Position numbers and translations under genes: made by a program. A stretch of DNA of 43,729 bases from Cellvibrionales bacterium (GTDB lineage: Bacteria; Pseudomonadota; Gammaproteobacteria; Pseudomonadales; JAHEGP01): assembly GCA_024645065.1 (NCBI GenBank), contig JAHEGP010000001.1:1-43729 (forward strand), given 5' to 3'. Below are positions 1 through 10,499 of the stretch, piece after piece (position 1 is the stretch's first letter; each line of letters opens with the position of its first letter). The notes under the pieces are model-generated. The model made no database searches. It was not told the origin of the DNA and was given only the letters and a program-made list of their open reading frames with translations.

Positions 1-1030
1 AGGCATCGCCCGACAACACGGAGGACGCAACCAGCAGTTGTGAGTCCGCTGTGCTCATAATTGCCGCCAGTATCGCAGCCAGCAGGATTCCGGCCAGGAG
101 CGGGTGAAACAGGGTATTGACCATGGCCATGAACACGGTTTCGGCGTCGGCCAGAGGGGGATGGATGATCGCCGCACCTCCCAATCCTACCGCTATTGCA
201 CCGAGCAGGCACAGGCCTGTCCACAGCATTGCAATGCGGCGGCCCATGGGTATATCTGCGACATCGCGAATCGCCATAAACCTGGCGAGTATATGGGGTT
301 GGCCGAAATACCCCAGTCCCCAGGCCAGGGACGACAGCATAGCCAGATAGTTGATACCACCGCCGGAATCCACCGGGAACAGGGTCTCGAGACCGGCAAC
401 TTTGCCAGCGTCGGGGCCGGGCAAACCACTGAATACCATCAAAGGTACCCATAGCAGAGCCGCCAACATCATCAATCCCTGCAGGACATCGGTCCAAACC
501 ACCGCCAGAAAGCCACCGAAAAAGGTGTAGCCGACAATCGCAACGCCGCCGATCGCAAGCGCGACCTGATAATCGAAACCGTACGCGGTTTCGAACAGCT
601 TGGCGCCGGCGACAAAGCCAGACGCGGTATAGATCAGGTAAAACGCCAGGATCATTGCACCGCAGCACAGGCGCAACAGCTGGCCACAGTCCTCTACCTC
701 CCGGTAAAAATACTCGGGTATGGTCAAGGCATCGCCATGGCTGGCACTGGCGCTGCGCAGGCGCGGGGCCACCAGCAGCCAATTGAGGTATGACCCAAGC
801 AACAGCGCAGCTGCCAGCCACAGCACTTCCAGGCCGGCAAGGTAAGCATATCCGGGTAGGCCGAGCAACAGCCAACCGCTCATGTCCGAGGCACCGGCGC
901 TCAACGCTGCCGCGCCGGGGCCAAGGCTTCTGCCGCCGAGAATATAATCAGAGAGGTCGCGGGTCTTGTGCCAGGCAGTCACGCCAATCCCCAGCACCAG
1001 CAAAAAATACCCGACAAAAGCGATCGTCAT
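1..1030 (-). CDS. putP: Sodium/proline symporter PutP (SSF family). The N-terminal ~343 aa are present and the 3' end runs off the left edge of the window.
   Basis: My own minus-strand translation from the ATG at 1030 reads MTIAFVGYFLLVLGIGVTAWHKTRDLSDYILGGRSLGPGAAALSAGASDMSGWLLLGLPG...GWGLGYFGQPHILARFMA...LAAILAAIMSTADSQLLV. This is near-colinear with E. coli PutP motifs (DYILGGRSLGP, SAGASDMSGWLL, GYFGQPHILARFMA). It is missing from the ORF track only because it is open at the window edge. Confidence 0.88.
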   Translation of the reverse strand, partial: MTIAFVGYFLLVLGIGVTAWHKTRDLSDYILGGRSLGPGAAALSAGASDMSGWLLLGLPGYAYLAGLEVLWLAAALLLGSYLNWLLVAPRLRSASASHGDALTIPEYFYREVEDCGQLLRLCCGAMILAFYLIYTASGFVAGAKLFETAYGFDYQVALAIGGVAIVGYTFFGGFLAVVWTDVLQGLMMLAALLWVPLMVFSGLPGPDAGKVAGLETLFPVDSGGGINYLAMLSSLAWGLGYFGQPHILARFMAIRDVADIPMGRRIAMLWTGLCLLGAIAVGLGGAAIIHPPLADAETVFMAMVNTLFHPLLAGILLAAILAAIMSTADSQLLVASSVLSGDA

Positions 1031-1118
1031 ATCTGCACCTGTGCGTTACCGGGGTCAATCGAGAGTTGGCGGGAGGCTTCGTTTTCAATGATTGCCTTGA
1101 TGCTGGAATAGTATCATA

Positions 1119-1601
1119 GTGCCTCCCTGCGATTGGCCCCACCAAAACAGCGAGGCAAAAACCTTGTTCACTCGATTTATCAGCACCCTTGTCTTGTTGG
1201 CAGGCTTTGGCACCACTCTCCATGCCAGCGACTTCAGTGCAACCTTTGCCAAAGTCAGCGCCACAACCGTCGTGATTCACACCAGGGCCAGTATGGAGCA
1301 GCTAAGCCCCGAAGGCACCCAAACCCGCTCGTCAGAGGGGCTGGGCTCGGGTGTTGTGATCTCCGAGGATGGCAAGATTCTCACCGCCGCCCATGTGGTC
1401 AGTGTGGCCGACGATATCCTGGTGCAATTCAAGAGTGGCAACAGCTACCCTGCCCACGTTGTCAGCATGGCCGCCTGTGCCGACATTGCCTTGCTGCGTC
1501 TCAACGAGCAGCCTCCCACTTTGGAATCAGCTATTTCGGGTGATTCCGGCAGCCTCGAAACCGGAGAAGAAGTCTTTGTTATCGGAGCACCCGAGTTCTG
1601 A
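1119..1601 (+). CDS. Trypsin-like (S1C, HtrA/DegP-type) serine protease, N-terminal half only. Probably a truncated gene remnant.
   Basis: A signal-like segment (FISTLVLLAGFGTTLHA) is followed by GSGVVISEDGKILTAAHVV (catalytic His, codon 1392-1394) and ADIALLRL (catalytic Asp, 1482-1484). The ORF stops right after VFVIGAPEF, before any GxSGG serine motif. No continuation exists in another frame before pgm. The true start may be TTG at 1164. Confidence 0.55.
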   Translation: MPPCDWPHQNSEAKTLFTRFISTLVLLAGFGTTLHASDFSATFAKVSATTVVIHTRASMEQLSPEGTQTRSSEGLGSGVVISEDGKILTAAHVVSVADDILVQFKSGNSYPAHVVSMAACADIALLRLNEQPPTLESAISGDSGSLETGEEVFVIGAPEF

Positions 1602-1648
1602 CGCAACTGACAACCGTGGCCGGTCTTTGCAGCCGAGGCCGGGTTTGA

Positions 1649-3322
<1,674 letters not shown>

Positions 3323-3478
3323 ACCCCGCGGCCCCGCCTGTTGGCAAACGGCGATCCCGGGCCACTGCGGTAACAAGCTTTTTCCCTGCGATGTTTTGCT
3401 TCTCAACGACTGCGTTTAACGGTAACTTGATGATCGATAGCGACGCTGTGCTTGCACCACGCTGGGGGAGAAATCCTG

Positions 3479-4432
3479 ATGTTCAAACTATTCGAAAACA
3501 TATTTGAGCCTGCCAGGCCCACAGCCGACAGGCTGCCGGAGGACCTGCTCGATGCGGCCATAGACAGGGCGGTTGAGGGAACCGATCCTCGACTGAGGAT
3601 GATGTCGGCTTACGATAGGAAACTACGGGGGCCTGTGGCGCGGGCGGCTCAATATGTGATCAAGCTGGTGGATAGCTTACCCCCACCGGTACTTCTGAGC
3701 GCCACCAGCCTTGGGAACAGCCCGGACCTTGCGACGATTTTTTACTCGTCGGGACGCCTGCAAGGCATCATCCGCAACGACACCGAATTAAAAAGCTTTG
3801 CCAAGTCACGCGCCTTCGACCAGCACGCTGTGAACGCACTGCTGCTGGTTGGTACCCGGGAAAAGCGGACGCTGGGAACTGCCCTGGTTGACGGCAGGAT
3901 GCGAAAGGACGTCGCCCAGACGACCATCGACTTTCATGACCAGCGGTTTATGGCGCCTTCGCCCAGCGAGGCACAGACCCGGGACTTACTCAAGCGCCGG
4001 GCATTCGACCAATTGCTGCTGGTCGCCCTGTCGCGCATTACCAACCAGAGTCAGGAGCGCACCGAATTACAGGCGCACCGGGCAGTGCTCCTGAGCAAGC
4101 TCAAGCTGTTGACTCGCAGCGGAGGTTTCACGCATCAACACGGTCTGGAAGAGCAGGCAGGGTTGCAGGGCAAGATGGAAGCGATTGAACGGCAACTGGC
4201 TGCCCTGGGGCCGGTTGAGGCAGTGATACCAGGCAACCTTGCGATGCTTATTGAAGTGCTCGAGGCTGCTGCTGAGCACTTGTGGATAGAGCCCATCACC
4301 CACTGCATCGACCGCTATTATGTTGTTCACGATCGCCCCGGTCATGCGGCCCCCGCTATCGAATTTATCGAACTGCACGGCACCAACACCGAAGCCAGCC
4401 TGATAAAACTCGTCACCCTGGTGCAGGATTAG
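3479..4432 (+). CDS. Hypothetical protein, 317 aa from the ATG at 3479. No domain recognised.
   Basis: Long ORF with coding-like composition. GGAG at 3466-3469 lies 9 nt upstream of the ATG at 3479. The track start at 3452 is a TTG. No TM segment or familiar motif seen. Confidence 0.6.
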   Translation: MFKLFENIFEPARPTADRLPEDLLDAAIDRAVEGTDPRLRMMSAYDRKLRGPVARAAQYVIKLVDSLPPPVLLSATSLGNSPDLATIFYSSGRLQGIIRNDTELKSFAKSRAFDQHAVNALLLVGTREKRTLGTALVDGRMRKDVAQTTIDFHDQRFMAPSPSEAQTRDLLKRRAFDQLLLVALSRITNQSQERTELQAHRAVLLSKLKLLTRSGGFTHQHGLEEQAGLQGKMEAIERQLAALGPVEAVIPGNLAMLIEVLEAAAEHLWIEPITHCIDRYYVVHDRPGHAAPAIEFIELHGTNTEASLIKLVTLVQD

Positions 4433-4675
4433 GGAAGAGATCAGGGTTTTCCAGCCGGGTAAAGTAAATGCACGACACGCTGGTTCGATGTTTTCCCAGC
4501 GAGGCCAGCAAATCCTGGTAGGCTGAAAAACCCGGGGCAACAAAAGCAGTTGCAATCAGCTTCGATTATTTCGGCACTGTTTTTTATGCGATAGTGATAT
4601 TACAGCGGAACCCAGGGGCGCCTCGTGCTGAAAGCGCGCTTGTTGGCGGGATTCGAAAACGGCTTGACTCGCGCG

Positions 4676-6034
4676 TTACCTGACATAGTCAAACAGCGCA
4701 TTGGGACTGAATTCGCGGGGGTTGATGTCGTCATTCCACTCGTAGGGCAACAGGGAGTTGTTGATGTCTGTGACGAAGAAGCGGCCCGTTTTGATGTTGT
4801 AATGGGCAATGACGCCAGTAAATGTTACCGGTACATTATAGAAATTGACGGTGTGAGCTTCGGCATGGAATACCAGCTTGCCATCCGAGTCATATTTTTC
4901 ACTGAGTACAATTTGCCAGGTATCTTCATCAAGGTAAAAAATTCGCTTAGCGTAAGTCGCCTTAGTGTCAGCTTTTACAGTGGCAATAACTTTCCAGACT
5001 CTGTGTAATTCGTAGCGAGTATATTCCTGGTTGAGATGGTGCTTATCGATCAGGTCCTCATAGTCCAGGTCGCTACCCTTTTGCCGGTAAGCGTTGTAGG
5101 GGACGAGTAGCTCCTGGCGGCCTGCCAGTTCCCAGTTGTAGAGTTCAGGCGAACCGCGGTACATGTCTGTGTCATCGAAGTTGACTATGCCGTCTGAGCC
5201 AGGATTCGGGGTGTCCAGTTGGGCACGAGGAAGACGTACAACACGCTTTAATTTTGGAGCGTAGGCCCAGCGAATGCGTTCATAGCGCGTATAGTCGTAA
5301 CTTTCGTAAAACAATGAGCCCCCACCACTAAGCCGCCCCGGAGAGAGGAACTTCTGCTTGACGGCTGCCATCGCCCTGCGAAACTCAGGCAACTGGCTGA
5401 TTTCAGCATCGGATTTCAGGGCGCCGTCGTACTCGGGGGAGGCATAGGGGAAGGCAATATCTTCGAGCAATATGGTGGGACGATAGCTGCCACGGGAGGT
5501 GACTGCCACCCATGATGTCTCTCTATTCAAGTGAATGCCGCGCCAGCGCAGCAGGTGGTTCCAAATCGCTTGCAAGCCGTTTTCGGGAATTGGAAAGGGG
5601 GAGGTTATGCGGGCATTTCGAATGCCGGACTTTTCACCGGCAGTAATCAGCTCGGCATGCTCGCGGTTGTACTGAAGAGCCTCATAAACAAATTCAGGGT
5701 AGGAGGCGCTGCGCCGGCTGGTATAAACAGGAATCTGGAAACTGTCGGGAAACCTTGTCAGCATTGCGCGCTGTCCGTCGCTCAACACAGCAGTATAGGT
5801 TGCCATATTTGCGGCGGTTACAGCGTAAAGTTGATTATCCCCGGGATAGGGGTCTGATACCCTGTCGTCTGACAGCGCCTTGCGCTGCAGTCCGCCGGTC
5901 CAGGCGGGGATGGTGCCTTCAGCATTGCCGGCTACAATGCCACCCATGGGGTTCAGTTCCTCAGCCCCGGACTGAGACGCCGTCAGAGCAAGGGTAATGA
6001 TCAAAGGATAGAACCAGCTGCGCAAAGTGTTCAT
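4676..6034 (-). CDS. DUF1329-family periplasmic/outer-membrane-associated protein (LolA-like fold family)
   Basis: Signal peptide MNTLRSWFYPLIITLALTASQSGAEE. Length of about 450 aa and sequence character match DUF1329 proteins. It sits 16 nt downstream of a DUF1302-like gene, the usual pairing. The start is set at ATG 6034 so that it does not overlap the upstream gene. Confidence 0.7.
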   Translation of the reverse strand: MNTLRSWFYPLIITLALTASQSGAEELNPMGGIVAGNAEGTIPAWTGGLQRKALSDDRVSDPYPGDNQLYAVTAANMATYTAVLSDGQRAMLTRFPDSFQIPVYTSRRSASYPEFVYEALQYNREHAELITAGEKSGIRNARITSPFPIPENGLQAIWNHLLRWRGIHLNRETSWVAVTSRGSYRPTILLEDIAFPYASPEYDGALKSDAEISQLPEFRRAMAAVKQKFLSPGRLSGGGSLFYESYDYTRYERIRWAYAPKLKRVVRLPRAQLDTPNPGSDGIVNFDDTDMYRGSPELYNWELAGRQELLVPYNAYRQKGSDLDYEDLIDKHHLNQEYTRYELHRVWKVIATVKADTKATYAKRIFYLDEDTWQIVLSEKYDSDGKLVFHAEAHTVNFYNVPVTFTGVIAHYNIKTGRFFVTDINNSLLPYEWNDDINPREFSPNALFDYVR

Positions 6035-6050
6035 ATTGTTAAGCCCAATC

Positions 6051-8087
6051 CTAGAATTCATACTTGAACACAAGATCGAGGTAGTCCCGATCATTGATCA
6101 GGTTATTCACCCCGGCACCCCAGAACGTCGCGTAGGACACATCCACGCTGGCGCTGCCCAGGAAGCTGGTCTTTAAACCCACCCGAATTTCCTTGCGCCC
6201 CTCGATAAACTGGCCAAGGGGTGCATAACCATCGACATCGTCCCTGAAAATCAATCGCGGAGCGACGTCAAACGCACCGAATACCCCGCTCCATAGGGCG
6301 CCAGCGAACACCCGATAGCCCCAGGCGTTTTCACCGACGTAGGCGAATTCCGACGCATCACACTCTGCAAACTGGGTTCCAGGCACCGCTAACAGGGTCA
6401 CTTCTTCGCGCGGAGCTCGCTGGTCCGGCCGGGCTGCACAGAAAGCGCTGCTATCCGGCTTCCCCGGGATATCACGAATATGCAGCCAGCTGGCCTCAAC
6501 GCCTATTGACCAGCTGTCTGCACCGAGTAAGCCCGGCGGCAACAACTGAATGGCGCTGAAGGTTGTTTGCACCGTATCGCGGTAGATGACCAGATCATCT
6601 ACAAGCGCGTCCCTGAACTCCAGCGGAGCGCAGGGCACTGATACGCCGCCGACATCAACCGTGTCGCCATCGTTGCATTGCGGTGCTGATACGGTGGGAT
6701 TGCCAATATTCCAGAGAATCTGGGAGGGGTGTACCTGCAGGGGAAAGTCCTGCTGGTAGATGACTTCTCCGGCCAGTGCCGTACCCGTACCAATGCTCGT
6801 GGTGCTAAAACTGAGCCCATAAAGATTGACCTTGTCTTCCGGGTAGTACAATTGCAATGCCCCGGTGCGCACTGGCCAGTGCAACGCCAGATTTGCAGCG
6901 ATGCCGGGGCAGGTGGTGGCGTCACATTTGCCGTTTGCCGCCAGCTCCTGGGCAATCGCACGCGTGCCCTCAGCGGTATAGGGCGTTGGCATGGCGTTGC
7001 CAAACTGCGGATCGGTAAAGCCCGTTTCAGCGAGCGCCGGGTAGTTCGCGAGTCGAATTCCGGTAATGGGAAAGTGGGACGTATAACGGGCAAAATGAAA
7101 GGCCAACTTGGTGTCATTGAGCTGCGGCAGGATACTACGGACGGTAAAGCCCCAGTCGCCACGGGTATTGCTATCGGGTTCATCAGGCTCCAGTACGGCT
7201 AGGGCCTGGAATGCATTAGTCTGGCAATCGAAGGTTTGAGGTCCAGCGCCGCCATTCATGCCTGCGCAGTCTCCCGGCAGACCCAGTGCAGCAAAAACAT
7301 CAGTGGCTCCACGGTCATTGGAACCCTTGGTCAGGAAATAATTCCTGCCATTGTAGGTATCGATACCCTCGGCGGGATCCAGGCCGGACAAATAGGTACC
7401 CACCGAATTGAGATCAGTGGGCTCCCAGCCGAGTTGATAAAACGCCTCCACGCTGACCAGGGGCGTGACCGCTATCAACCCCCACAACATGTTTTGCCCA
7501 ATCAGTAAATCGCTGGGGTCGGCACCAGGGCGAGTCACCAGCGGGGCGTTGAGGGGGTTCATGGCCTTTGCCCCCTGAAAGAAAATGGCCTCCCCCCAGT
7601 TGACGGTCTGCTTGCCCAGTCGCAACCGAGTCGGCATGTCGCCAATCATGAACTCCGCACTTAAATACGCTTCCTGGAAATCGGCGTCGCGCGCCACGTC
7701 CTCTTTGGCCTCGTCGCTCAGGTCCACAAAATCCCGGCTGCCATGGGAATTCTCGAAATCGTAGAAGCCATAACCGCGGGCGAAAAATCCGAAGTTTTTC
7801 CAGTTAACCGCGACTTGGGGTTTCAACATGACCATGTTGGCTACAATGCCTCGGTCGTAATTGAGGTTACCTTCATCGCTATTGAGGTTGTAAGTACCGC
7901 CGTTGGAAGCGCCAATAATGGAGCTGTCCCGGTCTTCCAGCCGAAATCGCATGCCATAGGTCAGCTCGAGGTTGAAATAGCCCGACACCTCACCGCTGCG
8001 GAAAGTTTGCGCGCTGGCAGGGATTGCATGTATTAAAACCAGGTAACCCAGAAACCCTAAAACGACCCTTGATTGTCGACGTCGCAT
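6051..8087 (-). CDS. DUF1302-family predicted outer-membrane beta-barrel protein
   Basis: Signal peptide MRRRQSRVVLGFLGYLVLIHAIPASAQ. Alternating aromatic/Gly-rich beta-strand-like sequence ends in a C-terminal ...DLVFKYEF aromatic residue typical of OMPs. Paired with DUF1329. The ATG at 8087 is preferred over the GTG at 8090. Confidence 0.7.
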   Translation of the reverse strand: MRRRQSRVVLGFLGYLVLIHAIPASAQTFRSGEVSGYFNLELTYGMRFRLEDRDSSIIGASNGGTYNLNSDEGNLNYDRGIVANMVMLKPQVAVNWKNFGFFARGYGFYDFENSHGSRDFVDLSDEAKEDVARDADFQEAYLSAEFMIGDMPTRLRLGKQTVNWGEAIFFQGAKAMNPLNAPLVTRPGADPSDLLIGQNMLWGLIAVTPLVSVEAFYQLGWEPTDLNSVGTYLSGLDPAEGIDTYNGRNYFLTKGSNDRGATDVFAALGLPGDCAGMNGGAGPQTFDCQTNAFQALAVLEPDEPDSNTRGDWGFTVRSILPQLNDTKLAFHFARYTSHFPITGIRLANYPALAETGFTDPQFGNAMPTPYTAEGTRAIAQELAANGKCDATTCPGIAANLALHWPVRTGALQLYYPEDKVNLYGLSFSTTSIGTGTALAGEVIYQQDFPLQVHPSQILWNIGNPTVSAPQCNDGDTVDVGGVSVPCAPLEFRDALVDDLVIYRDTVQTTFSAIQLLPPGLLGADSWSIGVEASWLHIRDIPGKPDSSAFCAARPDQRAPREEVTLLAVPGTQFAECDASEFAYVGENAWGYRVFAGALWSGVFGAFDVAPRLIFRDDVDGYAPLGQFIEGRKEIRVGLKTSFLGSASVDVSYATFWGAGVNNLINDRDYLDLVFKYEF

Positions 8088-8280
8088 CACTTTCAGCCTT
8101 ATTCAAATAATTATTGCTGTAGCAGAGACTGGGATCAATGTATCAACTTATTCGTGCGACGAAAAGACCTTAACCCGGGAAATGTGACAACGAGGCGCCG
8201 CAAACGCAGCGGGGCATGCCAACAACCTCGAATCGGCCACGGACTGCCCGCAAGGAGAAACCGGAGGGGGCCGCCTGAAT

Positions 8281-9354
8281 TCAGATCGACTGGCTTTTCA
8301 CGACCGCAATAACATTGTTGAGCAAGCTGCCAATATAAAGATAGCCCGGCGTTTCCAGCACCCCGGTCACCGTATGCACCTGGCCGGACGGATCCTGCAG
8401 ACTGGCGCGAATATCACCCTGGTCGTCGAATGCAACGGCATGCCCATAAAATCTGGCACTGGGTCGCATAAATTCTGGCAGGCGCTGCGCGACCTTGCGC
8501 CAGAGTGGGTATGGCGCCAGGCGATCGAGCAGCGGGTTGCGGGGGGACACCAGACCGAGCCAGTACTTTCCATCCAGGCCCCGGCTGAGGTTGTCGGGAA
8601 AACCCGGCAGGTTTTCAAGGACAATTTCCCTTTGCCCTTTTTTCTCACCCTCGAGCCAGATGCGCCAGACACGATAAGCGCCGGTTTCCGCCAACAGCAC
8701 ACTGCGCTCATCGTGGGCCAGTGCCACCCCGTTGGCAAAACTGAAACCGCCTGCAATGACCTCAGCGGTTTTCCGGGCAGGATCAAACACCAGTAAACGA
8801 CCATGGCCGCCGTGCTCCATCAAATCGAGCAGGCTGGCCGGGTAGGTGCCACCGTTTTCCCTGGCGCCAAACTTACGACTGGCTTCGGAGAAATAAATTT
8901 TTCCATCGCTGGCGACATCGAGGTTGTTGGCATAAACCAGGGGTTTGCCCTCAACCTGATCGAGCAGTACAGACGCCGCACCGCTTTGCCGATCTATTTC
9001 CAGCAGCCCGCGATAGGCGTCTGCTGCATACAACTGCTGCTGCGGGCCGATGGCGAGACCAAGAACGCGCCCCTCCACCTGGCCCAGTGTGACCACGGCA
9101 TCCCCCTCGATCCTGAGTATTTCGCCGTCGGCCAACGCCGTATAGAGTACCCCGTCGCTATCAGCGACGATGTCCTCGGGGCCATGGCCGGTAGTCATTT
9201 CGATGTGCGTCGCCTCGCCCAGTCTCCGGTTGGGTTTAAATGCCCCCACGTACCCCTCATCGACAGGAGCTTGCCAGCCAACCGGATCGATCGCCACCGG
9301 CCAGCACAGGAAATAGCCAACCGCTACAAGCAGAAAACCCGTAAGAAAACGCAT
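8281..9354 (-). CDS. Strictosidine synthase-like / SMP-30-gluconolactonase-LRE family beta-propeller protein with an N-terminal membrane anchor
   Basis: 357 aa. N-terminal hydrophobic anchor MRFLTGFLLVAVGYFLCWPV. Repeated propeller-like blocks (GPEDIVADSDGVLYTA, NNLDVASDGKIYFSE, ANGVALAHDERSVLLAET, PGFPDNLSRGLDGKYWLG) are characteristic of the Str_synth/SGL family. Confidence 0.65.
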   Translation of the reverse strand: MRFLTGFLLVAVGYFLCWPVAIDPVGWQAPVDEGYVGAFKPNRRLGEATHIEMTTGHGPEDIVADSDGVLYTALADGEILRIEGDAVVTLGQVEGRVLGLAIGPQQQLYAADAYRGLLEIDRQSGAASVLLDQVEGKPLVYANNLDVASDGKIYFSEASRKFGARENGGTYPASLLDLMEHGGHGRLLVFDPARKTAEVIAGGFSFANGVALAHDERSVLLAETGAYRVWRIWLEGEKKGQREIVLENLPGFPDNLSRGLDGKYWLGLVSPRNPLLDRLAPYPLWRKVAQRLPEFMRPSARFYGHAVAFDDQGDIRASLQDPSGQVHTVTGVLETPGYLYIGSLLNNVIAVVKSQSI

Positions 9355-9408
9355 CGACGCTGCCCGCAGGTAATTATTTGATCAGCAAGAAATTCACCAG
9401 GCCCCTGC

Positions 9409-9903
9409 TCAAGCCTGTATCTCCCCTGCGGCGAACCGGGCGCAGGTATGTCGGTCGGCTCCCGGTCCGGCCTTCACTCTCAGGTCATCGGGTTCCACCG
9501 TTATCCCCCGGGTGTCCTGCAACGTCAGCTTGGCAAGCTCGGCGCCATTTTTTGCGTTGTACAAAACCACCGGCGCCCCGCTCCTGGCATTCAGCCAATC
9601 ATCCCCCCACTGCATCAGCGCAATCAGCACCGTGTGCAAAGCACTGCCCTTGGGCGTCAGCCGATACTCAACCCGGCGCACCTTCTTCTCTGACTCGACC
9701 CTGACCAGCACGCCATGCTCCTGCAGCGATTTCAGGCGCTTGGATAGAATCCCCTTCGATATCTCCAGATTGGTCTGGAACTGATCAAAGTGACACGTGC
9801 CCCGCATCGCCTCGAGCACGATCAGAATGCTCCACCAATCGCCGATAACGTCCATCGCCCGGGCAACCGAACAATTCTTCGACTCGAAACACACCCGCTC
9901 CAT
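9409..9903 (-). CDS. HxlR-family winged-helix transcriptional regulator
   Basis: CSVARAMDVIGDWWSILIVLEAMRGTCHFDQFQTNLEISKGILSKRLKSLQEHGVLVRV...YRLTPKG is the canonical HxlR-type HTH. A strong SD (GGAGGAAAACATG) precedes the start. Confidence 0.85.
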   Translation of the reverse strand: MERVCFESKNCSVARAMDVIGDWWSILIVLEAMRGTCHFDQFQTNLEISKGILSKRLKSLQEHGVLVRVESEKKVRRVEYRLTPKGSALHTVLIALMQWGDDWLNARSGAPVVLYNAKNGAELAKLTLQDTRGITVEPDDLRVKAGPGADRHTCARFAAGEIQA

Positions 9904-9923
9904 GTTTTCCTCCCTGCTGCATT

Positions 9924-9935
9924 TTTTTCGAAAAA
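9924..9935. promoter_or_regulatory. Perfect 12-bp palindrome TTTTTCGAAAAA in the hxlR 5' leader/promoter region
   Basis: Read directly from the sequence. Lies 21-32 nt upstream of the hxlR ATG (9903). Confidence 0.3.
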
Positions 9936-9977
9936 GACTTGACAGGTACTATAATCGAACCTTAGTATCAGCGCAAC

Positions 9978-9994
9978 GGTTCTATTTTAGAACC
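9978..9994. promoter_or_regulatory. Perfect 7-3-7 inverted repeat GGTTCTA-TTT-TAGAACC, a candidate operator
   Basis: Read directly. Lies in the divergent region between hxlR (minus strand) and the small ORF at 10207 (plus strand). Confidence 0.4.
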
Positions 9995-10070
9995 TTTACG
10001 GAACGGACTACGGCAGGACCAGGCCAATTGTGATACCGAGTAGTCCAGAGCCATTAAGCTCCCGTATTTA

Positions 10071-10087
10071 TGTTACTTTTAGTAACA
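10071..10087. promoter_or_regulatory. Perfect 7-3-7 inverted repeat TGTTACT-TTT-AGTAACA, a candidate operator
   Basis: Read directly. Has the same 7-TTT-7 architecture as the 9978-9994 palindrome, 93 bp away from it. Confidence 0.4.
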
Positions 10088-10206
10088 CAATGGCAACAAT
10101 CTTCAGCTAGGTTATTACTATCTGAAACAAACGGAAGGCCGGCACCATCGACCTGCCCTGTGAAGCGGAAGCGAAAACTTCCGGATTAGACAATCAGGAG
10201 TCTGTT

Positions 10207-10404
10207 ATGGAACTTTCAATCGTACTTATCGCCGTGGTTTTTCTGCTACCGTTCGCCCTGGGGTTTACCCTGCTCGGCGCAATGGCAGTCGATTCAGGTT
10301 GGGCATCACGACCGGCCATCACCCCGGAAAAGCCGACTCGTGCCGCCGACGCCACCGCTAGAGATCGTGGCAGCGACGAGCTGGGCCACTGTGTACCGGC
10401 TTGA
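10207..10404 (+). CDS. Small hypothetical membrane protein (65 aa)
   Basis: AGGAG at 10196-10200 lies 6 nt upstream of the ATG. N-terminal TM helix MELSIVLIAVVFLLPFALGFTLLGAMAV followed by a polar tail. Divergent from hxlR. No homology recognised. Confidence 0.35.
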   Translation: MELSIVLIAVVFLLPFALGFTLLGAMAVDSGWASRPAITPEKPTRAADATARDRGSDELGHCVPA

Positions 10405-10468
10405 CGGGATGGCGTCGCCTCCCAATTGCAACGGATACACCATCAATGACGGCCTGTCTGGCCTGCAA

Positions 10469-10499
10469 CGCTTCGCCACCCCGCGAGGGCGGCGAAGCG
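10469..10499. terminator. GC-rich hairpin between the convergent small ORF and the nitroreductase gene. There is no U-tract on either strand.
   Basis: CGCTTCGCC-a-(c)CCC-GCGA-GGG-c-GGCGAAGCG. A 9-bp outer stem plus a 3-bp inner stem capped by a GNRA-type GCGA loop. Confidence 0.35.

Noticed and set aside
9939-9955. Consensus TTGACA and TATAAT hexamers on the plus strand upstream of the small ORF
   Set aside because: The two hexamers are only 5 nt apart, so they cannot act together as -35 and -10 elements. The TATAAT could still be a -10 with a weak -35, but I cannot support a promoter call.
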